Shown here piece after piece: positions 29,015 through 42,828 of a stretch of 64,000 nt of DNA (position 1 is its first letter; every line of letters begins with the position of its first letter). Position numbers and translations under genes: made by a program. The notes beneath the pieces were generated by a model. It saw only the letters and a list, made by a program, of their open reading frames with translations. It was not told the origin of the DNA and ran no database searches. Source of the stretch: the human T2T-CHM13v2.0 reference genome, Homo sapiens; assembly GCF_009914755.1 (NCBI RefSeq), contig NC_060932.1. The stretch is one strand, 5' to 3'.

Positions 29015-29312
29015 TTTTTTTTTTTTTTTTTGAGACAGAGTCTCGCTCTGATGCCCAGGCTGGAGTACAGGGGCGTGATCTTGGCTCACTGTGAGCTCTG
29101 CCTCCCAGGTTGACGCCATTCTCCTGCCTTAGCCTCCCGAGTAGCTGGGACTACAAGCACCCGCCACCGCGCCCAGCTTATTTTTTATATTTTTAGTAGA
29201 GACGGGGTTTCACCATGTTAGCCGTGATGGTCTCAATCTCCTGACTTTGTGATCCACCCTCCTCGGCCTCCCAAAGTGCTGGGATTACAGGCGTGAGCCA
29301 CCATGCCCAGCC
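29015..29312 (-). mobile_element. Alu (Y-like) with TSD
   Basis: acgccattctcctgcc and ttagccg.gatggtctc diagnostics. TSD atca(a/g)tagtt at 29005-29014 and 29313-29322. Confidence 0.93.
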
Positions 29313-29854
29313 ATCAGTAGTTCATTTTTATAGCTGCATAATTTTACATTGCATGGCTATCCTACAACTTGTCTATCCATTGATCTATTACTATTAATTT
29401 AGGTTGCTTCAAATTTTGAGTATGACAGATTATTTGCATATTTGTATATGTGTTTTTATATGGATGTGTATTTTTTATTTCATATTAATATTCTTAGAAT
29501 GATTGGGTCATGCAATAAATGAACAGTTAAACTTTAAAGAAACTGCCAAAATATTCTCCAGAGTGGTTGCATCATTTTACATTCTCACCAGCAGCGTAGG
29601 AGAGTTCCGTTCTTCCAAATCCTCACCAACACTTGGTATGATCAGTCCTTTTAATTTTAGCTATTCTAATGGGTGTGTAGTGGTATCTTTTTGTGGTTTT
29701 AATTTGCATTTTCCTGATCACCAATAATACTGAGCATAGTTTTGTCCTTTATTTGTCCTTCACATATCTTCTTTGATGAAGTGTCTATTCAAATAGTTTG
29801 TCCGTTACTACATTGAGTTGTGGTTTTCTTATTGGGAATGGAGAGTTTTAAGAA

Positions 29855-29960
29855 TATATATATATATATATTTTCTTTATATATATAATATATATATTCT
29901 TAATATATATTATATATAATACATATTATATATAATATTATATATATATATATATATATT
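29855..29960. repeat. Degenerate (TA)n microsatellite
   Basis: Directly visible. Confidence 0.9.
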
Positions 29961-30300
29961 TCTAGCATATGTGTATAGTATATGTGTGTAGCAGTATCGT
30001 GATTGTTAACTTATACCCTGTGGTAAACAACTTTATCAACTAGGGTATAGTACTTATGTACAATTTGTTTAGCCTTTGATGTTGTGGAGTCCACCCATTT
30101 TCAGGTTTGTTGGGGTAGTGCCTCCCCCTAACCCCCTTCAGTGAGGTGAATATGTATGTATGTATATATATATGTGTGTGTGTATGTGTGTGTGTATTCT
30201 ATATGCATCCATCATCAGATATATGCTTTGCAGATATTGCTTGCTATCTGTGTTTGCTGTTTTTATTTTCTTGGCAGGGTCTTTTGAGGAGCTGATTGAT

Positions 30301-30854
30301 TTGTTCTTGGGTCTTAATTTATAGAGATTACTGAGTGACAACACAGATAGGTCAATGCCATTGAGAGAAAAGTTTAATGTTACTCATAGTTTCCTTCGAA
30401 ATGCTAGGCACAGTATAAAATGGTGGCCACAGGTGAAGCACCGGTGTCAGTTAAGAGGCAGAAAGAAGCAAGGGGAAGGCACAGGTCACAGAACTTATTG
30501 GGGTCTCTATTGGAAAGTCAAAGCAGGGCAGGGGAAAAAGCTTAGGATCAGCTCCAGCAGGCTTTAGGGTACAGGGTTGTCCCTAGTTGTTTGGTACCTT
30601 GCCCTGGGTTGATTTAGGGCAGGGGAAATACTGACTTGGTGTGTGAGAATTAGATAAAGGAGGTGATTGGGGGTATGAACTCTGGATTGGTTAGTTATTT
30701 AATAATATATGAAGGGTAGACTTAACAACAAGTTATTTACTCTCTCTGGGAATGAACTAGCCCTTGCAGGGGCAGTCTTTCCCTAGGCAGCAAGATCCTC
30801 CCCAAAATGTCAAAACATTATAAAATACACAAAATAAAAGTTGTGATTAATACA
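30301..30854 (-). mobile_element. ERVL solo LTR (MER54/74/76-like)
   Basis: Minus strand begins tgtattaatcac...ttttgacat...gactgcccct.caagggctag, as I recall for this group; TG...CA termini. Confidence 0.6.
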
Positions 30855-30862
30855 CAGATGTT

Positions 30863-31195
<333 letters not shown>

Positions 31196-34100
31196 TTATC
31201 AACTTATCTTTTGTGTATACTCTTCTTTTTGTTCTAGATAAGAAATAATTGCCTCACTCCGTGCCACAAAGATATTCTCCTATGGTTTTGTCTAGAAGTT
31301 TTGTAGCTTTAGGTTTCACATTTTAAATCTATGACCCATCTTGAATTTACTTGTGTGTATGGTTTGAAATACATGTTGAAGTTCTTGTTCTTTTTTGCTT
31401 ATGAATATATAATGATTCCAGCACCATTTATTGAAAAGGCTAGCCTTTCCTGAGTTTCTTGACTTGCCTTTGTACTTTTGTCAAAAGTTAATTGTACCCA
31501 TATCTGTGGGTCTATTTCTGGACTCTATTCTGTCTTACTGATCTGTTTGTCTATCTTTGCACCCATTCTACACTGTTTTATTTGTTGTAGTCTTATACTA
31601 AGTCTTGAAATCATTTAGTTTTGTCCCCTGACTTTGTTCATCATTTTCAAATTGGTTCCTAGAGAAGATCAATACAATTGATAAAATTCTAGTCAGACTG
31701 ATCAGGAAAAAATGGAGTAGACACAAAACTACCAATATCAGGTGTGAAAGAGTTGATTCTACAGATACTAAATTTGACCACTTCAATGAAATGGACACAT
31801 TTCTTGAAAGACACAAACTATCAGTGCTTACCCAAAAAGAAATAGTTAACCTGAATAGCTCTACATCTAACAAAGAAATTTGTGATTAAAAACCTCAAAA
31901 AGAAAACTCCAGGCTATTGTTTTGGCTATTGTCCTGTCTATTTTAGATCTTTTGCATTTCTGTAGGAATTTTTGAGTAAGTTTATCAATTTCAACAAAAA
32001 CCTACTAGAATTTTGAAATTTTGATTGGCATTTCATTGAACGTATAGATAAATTTAGGAATAATTCATAGCTTAACAATATTGGGTCTTCTGATCCATAG
32101 ACAAGGTATAGCTCTCCATTGATTTAGATCTTCTTTCTTTCTCATCAATGTTCTGTAGTTATTTTTCCTTTCACTATCCTCAATCACAATGGGAATGTGT
32201 TCTGTACTTTTTAATGTACAGACCTTGCATATCTTTGTCAGCTATTACCCAAGTATTTTAATACTTTTAATGCTATTGTAAAAGGTATTAATTTTTTCTA
32301 TTTATAATTATTCCTTAGTGTTATATAGAAACAGAATTAATTTTTCTATGTTGATCTTGTATCCTGAAGCTTTACTATAATCATATATTAGTTGTAGTCT
32401 GTTGTTTTTGTAGAGATCATCAGATTTTCTACATAGATGATTGTGTGATTACAAATAAAGACAGTTTTGTTTTTGTTCTTTCCAATCTGGAGGCTTTTAT
32501 TTATTTGTTGTTTTTTTTCCTAATTTAACTAGATGAAACTCTCTATAGAATGTCGAATGGAAGTGGTGAGGGTAGAAATCTTTGCCTTGTTCTTGATCCT
32601 TAGGTGTAAAATAATCAATGATGTTAGCTATGGTCTTTTAAAAATAGATATATTATATCAAGTTTCTTCTAATTCTAGTGCTTCAAGAGTTTATTTCAGG
32701 AATTGATGTTGAATTTTAACAAGTTTTTTTTTCTGTGCTAATAGAGATCATCATATGATTTTTATTTTTTAGTTTATAAATATGGTGAATTAAATAGATT
32801 GATTTTTGAATGTTAAAACACTGATGGATTATGATATATTGTCTTTTTAATATATTGTTGAACATGCTTGCCAAAATTTTTTTGCTATAATTTTACACCA
32901 AAAGTCATGAAGGATATTGGCCTGTAGATTTCTCTTCTTGCAATGTTTTTGTCTGGCTTTAGAATTAGGGTTATGCAGCCTCATAGAATACATTGGGAAG
33001 TATTCCCTTCTCTTGAATTTTCTGTGAGAGTTGGTGTAGAATTGGTACTAATTTTTCCGATATATTTGAGAGAATTAACCAATGTAGCCATCTGAGCCTG
33101 GTGTTGTCTTTTGGAGAAGGTTTGAAATTATAAATTAGATTTCTTTGTTAGACATAGAGCTGTAAAGATTAAATGTTTCTTCTGAGTAAGTATTGATAGC
33201 TTGTGTCTTTTAAGAAATGTGTCAGTTTTATCTAAGTGGTCACATTTAATATCTGTAGAATCAACTTTCATACCTGATATTGGTAATTTTGTATGTCTTC
33301 CATTTTTTTCCTGTCAGTCTAGCTAGAGTTTTATACATTATTGATCCTTTCAAAAACCAATTTTTTTGTTTATTTGTATTATTGATTTGGTATAAGTAGA
33401 TCTATTTCATTGTTTTCTGCTTAGATCTTTATTATTTCCTTTGTTGTGCTTACTTTGGAATTAATTTACTCTTCCTTTTCTAGTTTCCTTAAGGAGAAAG
33501 CTGAGGTAATTGATTTGAGGCTTTTTTTCTAATATAGGTATTTAGTGATATAAATTTCCCTTTAAGGATGGTGTCAGGGAAGGTAGTGGAGTAGGATGTG
33601 CCAGGAATCTGTCTCTCCAACTGGACAATAGTACAGCAGAAACTGTAAGAGGTAAGTGTTTTTGGACCTCTAGGGTTTATTTGAATGTTTGCCACTTCTG
33701 GGTGAAGACCTGGGCTAGTAAATTGCAGCAATTTTGGTCACTTTTAACCAACAGTACAGTGGCAGCTACCTATTCTCCTTCCACTCCCAACCCTGTGGCA
33801 GCTGCTGAGGAATGGCAACTTGTGGTTTTGGTGCTGCTTGTGTTATCCACAGTAGGTAATAAGGACTTTGTTCCCCAAATATTGGGGTTTTGTTTTATGG
33901 TTTTGAATTGTTGCTCTAATGGATGAGGTATGGGCATGGAGGCTGGATGCCATTGTTCTAACCTCCATGGGCTGAAGTGTTTTCCAGGATATTGAAAGGT
34001 CTGAGCCTGTTCTTTGGACAATCAAAGGCAACTCTGCATACGGAGAACGTTAGAAAGTAACTGCTTATGCCCAGAAAAAGACACAGATGCAGTAAAAACC

Positions 34101-35257
34101 TGATGAAAGCTTAAGCTTTTACTTTAAGCTGACCCAGGCATAGAGCCATGCTACAACAATCAGAAAAAGAGCAAAATCTGAAGGAGAAGAATCTAATTTC
34201 CATAGTTATTACATTATAAGATTCAAACTTGCAGTTTACACCAAAAAAAAAAAAAAATCACAAAGAAACAGGAAAGTATGGTCCACTTAAGGGAAAAATA
34301 TAAGTTGACAAAAATGTACCTGAGGAAGCCCAGATATCAGACTTACTAGACAAAGACTTTAAAACAGCTGTCTTAAAAATGCTCCAAGAGCTAGTGGAGG
34401 ATATGGAAAGAGCTCTAGGCACAGAATTTTGTATGTTATTGAAGTTAAATTGGTCTAAAGTCCAATTAGATTGTTATAACTTTAGGATGTTAAAGGTGAG
34501 CCCCATGGTAACCACAAAGAAAATACTGAAAACCAAAAATTTTACTACAAAAAATTAAATAATCACAAGACAGTAATAAATGAAGAACAAAAAGCTATAT
34601 GGCAAATAGTAAACATATGGCAAAATGGCAGAAGTTTCTCCTTATCAGTAATTATTTTAAAATGCAAATGGATTAAACCCCCTAATACAAAGACAAAGAC
34701 TTGCACAATGACCCCCCCTCCCTCACAAAAATGAGATGATCTAATTATATTCTGTCTACAAGAGACTTACTTTACATCCAAATACACAATTAGGTTGAAA
34801 ATGAAATGATAGAAAAAGATATTTCATGCACATAGTAACTAAAAGAGAGCTGAAGCAGCTACACTAATATTAGACAAAATAGGCCTAACTTCAAAAAAGT
34901 TCAGAGGACAAAGAAGGATATTATATATTAATAAAAAATTCAATACAGAAATATGATATAGTAATTTAAACATTTACATACATGAAGCTTGAATTACTGT
35001 TGTTCCCTGTGCTTTTGGTGTAATATTTCTGGACTTGTTGCCAAATCCAATGTCATAAAGATTTTCTCCAGTGTTTTAAGAGTTTTATAGTTTTAGCTCT
35101 TATGTTTAAATCTTTGATTCATTCTGAGTTAATTTTTATACAGTATAAGGTAAGAGCTCAATTTTATTCTTTTGCATATTGATATCCTGTTTTCCAGCAT
35201 CATTTGTTGAAAAGATCATCTTCCTCACTGAATAGTCATGTTATCCTTACCAAAAAC

Positions 35258-35683
35258 TGTAAGGTTAGCCAAGAGAAAGGATGAGAGAGAGACAAGGTTA
35301 GGCGAGGAAGTTTATTAACCTGCTGGATGCTCCACCACAGACAGAGGAGGCAGCACTAAGCTTACAGAATGAGGGATTTATATTGGGGAGGGGAGTTTGA
35401 GGGAGTTCTTTGGTATGGCCACATCCCGGGGTTGTGTCCTGGTTAATTTTGCCACATATCAGCTTGTGACGTTTATTACAGGAGGGTGTAGGTAAAGTTG
35501 GTTTATACTTCCCATGACCTTCCCCTGTGCAGTCCAGATGGTTTGTAACTGGGGTTTGCTTATCGCAGCAAGGTCTGATAAGTGAAGTCTGCTGGCTTTA
35601 CCATGGCACCTAGACAAGGGTTTAGAAATGGGGGAAGGGTGAGCAGCACCAAGAAGCTTTCTTGGGGCAGTTTGTCCCTAACA
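35258..35683. mobile_element. Solo LTR (ERVL-like) inserted in L1
   Basis: TGT...ACA termini, flanks aaaac/aaaat (degenerate 5-bp TSD); host L1 resumes collinearly. Confidence 0.7.
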
Positions 35684-36636
35684 AAAATCAACTGACCATA
35701 TTTGAGGATTTATTTCTGGTTTCTATTCTATAATATTTCACTGGTCTATATGTCTGTCTTTATGCCAGTGCTATACTATTCTAATTACTGTAGCTTTATT
35801 GATAATGTTATTCAAGTTTTCTATGTACTTTCTGATTTTTTGTCTACTTGTTCTATCAGTTATTGAGAGAGGGATATTGAAATCTGCAATGATAATTGTG
35901 TATTTGCTCATGTATCCTTGACGTTCTATTAGTTTTTGCTTCATGCATTTTTAAGCAATGTTAGGAAGAGCATAAACATTTAGGATTATTACACCCTCTT
36001 GATGAATTGACCACTTTATTATTGTGAAATTACCTTCTTTATCTCTGGTAATAATTTTCGATTTGAAATGTACTTTTTCTGATACTGATGTAGTAATCAA
36101 CTTTTTAAAATTAGTGTTTGCATGGTGTAACACTTTTAATTTTAATCTATTTGTGTCTATATTTAAATCACATCTCTCCCATTCATTTATGTATGCAATT
36201 ACTTATTAATATTAGTATGGACTCATAAGTATTTATTTTATAATTTGGGTTATAATATAATTATACCTAATTTTTTTTTTGCTCAAAATAACGTGAAAAC
36301 AGTCTTGTTGGTAGAATATTTTTTCTTTCTTTTTTTTTCACCTAACTCACCCATAGCAAAATATTTTTAAAGATATTTTTTCTCCCTCCCCTTCTTAGGA
36401 GACTTCCATAATATATATGTTAGTCCAACTAAATTTGTTCAACTGATACTCTTTCCTGTTTTTCTCTCTGTGTTCCTTTTTGTATAGTTTCTATTGCTAT
36501 GTTTTCAAGTTCTTTTCTCTTTTCTTCTGCAGTGTCTCATCTGCCATTATTCCCATACACCATTATTTTACAATCTCTGATGTAGTTTTAACTTCTAAAC
36601 ATTGCATCTTTGTCTTAATTTACCTTCCATATTTCT

Positions 36637-37342
36637 TTTTAAGTTTTTTTTCTTTTATTATTATACTTTAAGTTTTAGGGTACATGTGCACATTGTGCAG
36701 GTTAGTTACATACGTATACATGTGACATGCTGGTGCGCTGCATCCACTAACTCGTCGTCTACCATTAGGTATATCTCCCAATGCTATCCCTCCCCCCTCC
36801 CCCCACCCTACAACAGTCCCCAGAGTGTGATGTTCCCCTTCCTGTGTCCATGTGATCTCATTGTTCAATTCCCACCTATGAGTGAGAATACACGGTGTTT
36901 GGTTTTTTGTTCTTGCGATAGTTTACTGAGAATGATGATTTCCAATTTCATCCATGTCCCTACAAAGGACATGAACTCATCATTTTTTATGGCTGCATAG
37001 TATTCCATGGTGTATATGTGCCACATTTTCTTAATCCAGTCTATCATTGTTGGACATTTGGGTTGGTTCCAAGTCTTTGCTATTGTGAATAATGCCGCAA
37101 TAAACATATGTGTGCATGTGTCTTTACAGCAGCATGATTTATAGTCCTTTGGGTATATACCCAGTAATGGGATGGCTGGGTCAAATGGTATTTCTAGTTC
37201 TAGATCCCTGAGGAATCGCCACACTGACTTCCACAATGGTTGAACTAGTTTACAGTCCCACCAACAGTGTAAAAGTGTTCCTATTTCTCCACATCCTCTC
37301 CAGCACCTGTGGTTTCCTGACTTTTTAATGATTGCCATTCTA
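36637..37342 (-). mobile_element. Young 5'-truncated L1 (L1PA2-like) with 15-bp TSD
   Basis: ORF 36865-37338 is an intact ORF2 C-terminus. GAG (not ACA/ACG) at the Ta diagnostic site. TSD accttccatatttct at 36622-36636 and 37343-37357. Confidence 0.96.
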
Positions 37343-37692
37343 ACCTTCCATATTTCTACTTAACTTGTTAATACTATTATATTTTATATTTGTTTTAACT
37401 CCCTTGTATTCTAATTCTAACATCTCTTTCAGTTCTGGGTTGGTTTTTATGGATTGAATTTTTTCTTTATAAGGCATATTTTTTTGGCTTCTTTGCATGC
37501 CTGGTAAGTTTTGATTGGGTTCTAGACATTGTGAATTTTATTTGTTAGTTGCTAGATGTTTTTGTATTCTTGTAAATATTTTTAACCCTTGTTCAGGCAC
37601 ACAGCTGAGATATTTGGAAATATTTTGATTCATTTGGTGTCTTGCTGTTTAAGATTTGGTAAGTGGTGCAAGAGCAGTATTTGGTTTAGGGG

Positions 37693-38049
37693 TGTATTAG
37701 TCTGTTCTCACACTGCTATACAGACACTGCCGGAGACTGGGTAATTTATAAACAAAGGAGGAGGTTTAATTGACTCACAGTTCTGCATGGCTGGTGAGGC
37801 CTCAGGAAACTTACAGTCATGGCAGAGTGGGAAAAGGCATGTTTTACATGGTGGCAGGTGAGAGAGCGTGTGTGAGGACAGGAAAAACTACCATTTATAA
37901 AACCATCAGGTCTTGTGAGAATTCACTCACTATCATGAGAACAGCATGGCAGAGACTGCCCCCATAATTCAATCACTTCTCTTCCTCAACATGTATTGAT
38001 TACAACTCAAGATGAGATTTGGGTGGGGACACAAAGCCTAAACATATCA
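37693..38049 (-). mobile_element. MST/THE1 MaLR solo LTR
   Basis: tgtattagtctgttctcacactgcta...catatca; flanks agggg/agggc. Confidence 0.9.
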
Positions 38050-39039
38050 AGGGCAAATTATTTCATACTACTGAAGCAAGACCCTTTTGGGAGCTGTACC
38101 CAATGCTCTGTGAATTATGAGATTCTCTAGTCTAGCTGTTGAAAATAGCCAATATTCTTGGCTTCATGTGAATGCCAAAAACTTTTTTCCTGGTCCTTTT
38201 GGATGGTTCTTTCCCTGGCCTCATTTTCTGACTAGTATTCTGCTGAAAACCCAAGTGGGACTCTGCAGATATCCATGGTCCTTTCCATGTGCATCTCTCT
38301 CCTTTCTGATAGTTTATCCTGTGAATTCTAACTATCTTAGTCTTTCAGTTCCATTTCCTCAATTCAGGGACTGCTTTAAGCTCCTTATAAGTTACTCTTC
38401 CTCCTATTCCCTGTCTTGGAAACCTTCTCAAGGCAATATACTGGGGGCAATGACAGGGTTCATCTCATTTGTTTATCATCTTTCAGGGATCATTGCCCTT
38501 TATTACCTGATGTGCAGTTTCTTGAAAATTTTTGTTACATATGTTTTGTCTTTTTTTTGTTGTTTTGTTTACTTTGGTTTGCTTGTTTCAGGCAGGAGGG
38601 TAAATCTGATCCTTGTTACTATATGTTGGATAGAAGTTGAACATCATTTGTTAAATACTGACATTTAATACAGAATTTTAGAAGATATACTGCAAGCAAA
38701 CAAAAACCATCTGGTATTTCTTTTAGCCCTTAGGTCATTAGTTTGTGATCTCTGAGATAGTCAGTCACATGGACAGGCAAAAATGGCAGTTTTAATTGAA
38801 TGTAGTAAGAGCCATGATAAAAGTTGCTATGGGAGCTCAATAGTTGAGGCTCTAACCCCACACTAGGTATGAGGAAGCCTTAATGACTGCACACATGTTA
38901 TTTGATAAAGAAGGCATGGTGGGAGGAGACGATAGCTCAGGTCAGAGATTCACCATGGATAAAAACATATTGATGTGGAATCACATGGCATGAAGTAGGA
39001 ACTACAATCAGTTTGATTTCATCAAAGAATAATAAGTAA

Positions 39040-39606
39040 GTGTTCAAGTGAGAGTTCTCCAGAAAGACAGAACCAATAGGATATATGAGAGGGGATTTAC
39101 TAGGGGAATTGACTCACAAAATCACAGGAGGCAGAGAAGTCCCACGACAGGCCCTCTGAAAGCTGGAGAACCAGAGAAGGCAGAAGTGTGGCCCAGTTCA
39201 TGTCCTGAAGCCTCAGAACTAGGGAAGTCGATGGTGCAGCTTCCAGTTTGAGGCTGAAGGCCTGAGAGCCCTAGTTAAGCCATTGGTGCAGGTCCCAGAG
39301 TCCAAAAGCCAAAGAATCTGGAGTATGATATTCCAAGTCAGGAGGAAAAAAAAGTCATATTGTTTGGAAAGGGAGAGAGGGAGTAGAGAGAAAATCCATC
39401 CTCTTCCTTCTGTTTGTCCCGACTGGGTCCCCAGATTGGATGGTGTCCACTCACACTGAAGGCAGGTCTTCCTCTCTCGGTCCACTGACTCATAGGCCAA
39501 TCTCTTCTGGAAACACCATCACAGACACAGCCAGAAACAATGCTTCAGCAGCCATCCAGGTGATCCTTCAATCCAGTCAAACTGACACCTAAAATTAACC
39601 ATTGCA
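39040..39606. mobile_element. MLT2 ERVL LTR
   Basis: gttctccagaaagacagaaccaatagg...gacacctaaaattaaccattgca. Confidence 0.85.
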
Positions 39607-41001
39607 TCAAGGTAGAAATGGGCAGCTAGCTCATGAACAGCCTTATCTGTCATGCTAACACATTTAGCCTTAGTCTTGTAAATAATGGAGAACTTCTGAA
39701 GGTTCTCCTATGAAGCAGGAATGCGACATTAGAGACATCACCCTATAATGGGGAGGATGGAGTTGAAGGGCAAAGACTGACCTTCAGAAGGTAAGTTGGG
39801 AGGTCATTTCCTTTGTCCAAGGAAGAGAGGCTGGGGCCTTACTATAATATGGGGTTAGGGATGGACATTTAGGGAGAGAGATGAGAATTATTTAAGACTT
39901 AAAAATGTCAGGACATCTTAACTTACTGTGTGTGAGGGAATGCGGGAGAGGGTGTGGGGATAAAATAAGTTCCAGTCCTTTGGCTAGAATAACCACATGA
40001 AAAATGCTGGAAGGAAATGTTACGAGCTGTGGTGGGGAGGAACAGTTCTGGGGCAGGGAGAGTTCAGGAAATGCTGAGCTTGAGGTGGCTGTGAGAAGAT
40101 GCTCTTTTTGATGCTTATTCTCTCTCTCTCATTTGTGCCTGCCCTACTGGTGGGACAAAAAATGTAAGAGAATTTAATACCTGATTGAGGAGACTTTTTC
40201 TCAAAATCAGATTCCCACTCACAAAACTCTGATTCTTGGTCCATTTATCAACAGCCTCTGATAATTTGGGGGAAAGCCATTTAGGGCTGCTGTATTAGGT
40301 TGTGTACATTGTCTGTGGTTCTGCTGTATAGCCACCATTCGTATCATAATACAATGAATGATGCTCCCTGGAACTGGTCTGCATGTGCCCTGGGCAGCTG
40401 TATGTGGGGTGTATTGTTGAGTTATAGAAACAGCCTGATCTTGACTCTTACTGGACCATTTCCACATTGGGTGACCTAGGTCAAGTCACTTAACTTTTAT
40501 GATCCTCTCTTTCCTTGTTTATACTGTGAGCCACCTTACAGAGGTGGCTGTGAGAATTAAACAGGTTACAAATTTAAAAAGCATTAGTTGTTATTCATAT
40601 TTTATCCCACCTTTTAAATCTATTTGCTAATATTGAGGAAGTTGGGTGACAAGCTTTGGATGACATATTTGCTCCATGGCAATGGTGGCTATGGCTAGAG
40701 GAACATAGAAGAAAGACAAAATCAAGATTCAGGACTTGAGGACTGAGAGGGTGCAACAATATCTTTCATATCTTTCTGCTGTTTTGCTCCCCTTCTCCAA
40801 CCATCTGATTCCTGTATCTTCCTAAATCTTTGTAAGGGGCTTGGGCTGGGTATAAAAATGAGAAGTAAGGGCTTGAGCAGTGGTTTTTAATCTTAGAAGC
40901 ACACTAAAATCACATGAGAGTGCTAAAAAATACTGATGTCTGAGTACCACCCCAAGGGTTTGTGCCATAATTTACCTGGGGTACGACTTGAGTTTTTGAA
41001 T

Positions 41002-41298
41002 TTTTTTTTTAAATTTTAATTTATTGTTGAGATGAAGTCTTGCACTGTCACCCGGGCTGGAGTGCAGTGGTGTGTTCTTGGCTCACTGCAACTTCTGTCT
41101 CCCAGGTTCAAGTGATTCTCCTGCCTCAGCCTCATGAGTAGCTGGGATTACAGGCACCCACCATCATGCTGGCTAATTTTTTGTATTTTTAGTAGAGATG
41201 GGGTTTCGCTATGTTGGCCAGGCTGGTCTCGAAATCCTGACCTCATAATCCGCCCACCTCAGTGCTGGGATTACAGGCAGGAGCTGCTGTGCCTGGCC
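41002..41298 (-). mobile_element. Alu (S-like) inside a MER5-like fragment
   Basis: Dimeric Alu; ttttgaatttt on both sides. Confidence 0.92.
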
Positions 41299-41761
41299 AC
41301 TTTTGAATTTTCTAACGCTCCCTTGCTTCCAATGTGCATCTGGGATTGAAGAACCACTACTTTAGCCTTTGCATGTCACTGATATAATTGGAGGCCAGGA
41401 TTACAGTCTGTGCTGGGGGCAAGGGAGGGTTTTCTTTGTTCTCTTTTTGTTTTGAGATTAGTGTTTGTTATTTGGGTAAGCTGGGCTGAAACACAGATAT
41501 AAAGATCAGAATGGGGCTGGTGAGATGGGCTTTCTAATCTCTGAGCTTTTTGTTGTTTTTATGGTCTTGTTATGAGAAAAATGTTGAAATTTACTTATGA
41601 AATAAATCCATAAATAAAAAGACATTCTATGTTTTCAAGAGGAATGAAATTGGCAGCTGATGTCTCCCTTTCTGCTTTAAGGGTAACTAAAAGCATTACC
41701 GTATTAAAATTTATTGGGTTCGGAAGGAGACAAGAGGTCAGTATGAGGATAAAATAGCTTC

Positions 41762-41940
41762 TTGCCAGACCCAGCAAATAACAGTAGAGGACACATTTCA
41801 ATTTGAATTGAAGATAAATGAGGGATACAGTTTTCAGTATGTCTCATGCGTGATTTGGAACATACATGTACTAAAAAAATTTTGTTTGTCTTAAATTCAA
41901 ATTTAACTAGATGCCCTGCTTTTTTTTTCTGGCAAGCCGA
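41762..41940. mobile_element. MER53-like hAT MITE
   Basis: ttgccaga...ctggcaa inverted ends; internal attcaaatttaact. Confidence 0.6.
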
Positions 41941-42396
41941 GGGTAAAACTACTCAGTGAAGCTGAGAGAAGAACCTGAAGCAAGTCAGGGTGAGCTGGTC
42001 TAGGAATCAAAAGTCATGGTTTGACTATAATCATAAATGGGTTGCCATTGGCTTAGGTTCTTGGGATTAGTCCGGCTTCGAGAGAAAGAATCGAAAACTA
42101 AGTAGCCCACAAAGCTGTTTTAATAATACGATCTCTTACATGGATATAACACATATGCTTTTCCAAAGTGCTTTCACAATACATTCTCTCACTTTATCCT
42201 CCAAACCACCAGAAGTTTAGCTCACATTAGCCACAGTTTGACAGTGGAAAAACACCAAGGGCTAGAGCAAAGAAACTGCTCTGAAGTCCTCAAATGGGTA
42301 AGTATTAAATCAAGACCTAGGATGTATTTTTTTTTTCCTACTTCTAGCTCATAGTCATCTTTAGGTATGGAGTTAACCTTTTAAAATAGAGGTGCC

Positions 42397-42828
42397 AGGC
42401 TGGGTGTGGTGGCTCACACCTGTAATTTCAGCACTTTGGGAGGCCAAGGCAGGAGGATCACTTAAAGCCAGGAGTTCAAGAGCAGTCTGAGCAACATGGT
42501 GAAACCCCAACTCTAAAAAGAATAATTTAAAAATTAGCCAGGTGTGGTGGTGAGTGCCTGTGGCCCCAGCTACTCGGGAGGCTGCGGTGGGAGGGTCACT
42601 TGAACCTACATCACATTATTCTAAAACTTCCTGAATTCATGGAGTGAAATGGAAAATTCAGAAAATAAAAGGAAGTACATTGTAAAAGCAGATTATAATA
42701 AAGCCCAGAGGCATTGAATTTTGGCCTGAGTCAAAATTCAGTGGGATCCTCCAGGCTCCAGTGAGCCATGATCACTCAGCTGCACTTCAGCCTGGGTGAC
42801 AGAGTGAGACCCTGTCTCTAAAAAAAGA
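42397..42828 (+). mobile_element. Alu (J-like) interrupted by a ~147-bp insertion in the right arm
   Basis: Alu to ~42605 (ggagggtcacttgaac), resumes at 42753 (aggctccagtgagccatg); TSD-like aaaa(t/a)agaggt(g/a)cca on both sides. Confidence 0.93.

Noticed and set aside
36865-37338. 157-aa ORF with Cys-rich motif
   Set aside because: It is the L1 ORF2 C-terminus of a truncated insertion, not a host gene.
38117-38668. Longest ORF (183 aa, hydrophobic)
   Set aside because: T-rich antisense L1M-like sequence yields F/L/S-rich pseudo-membrane peptides; no recognisable domain.
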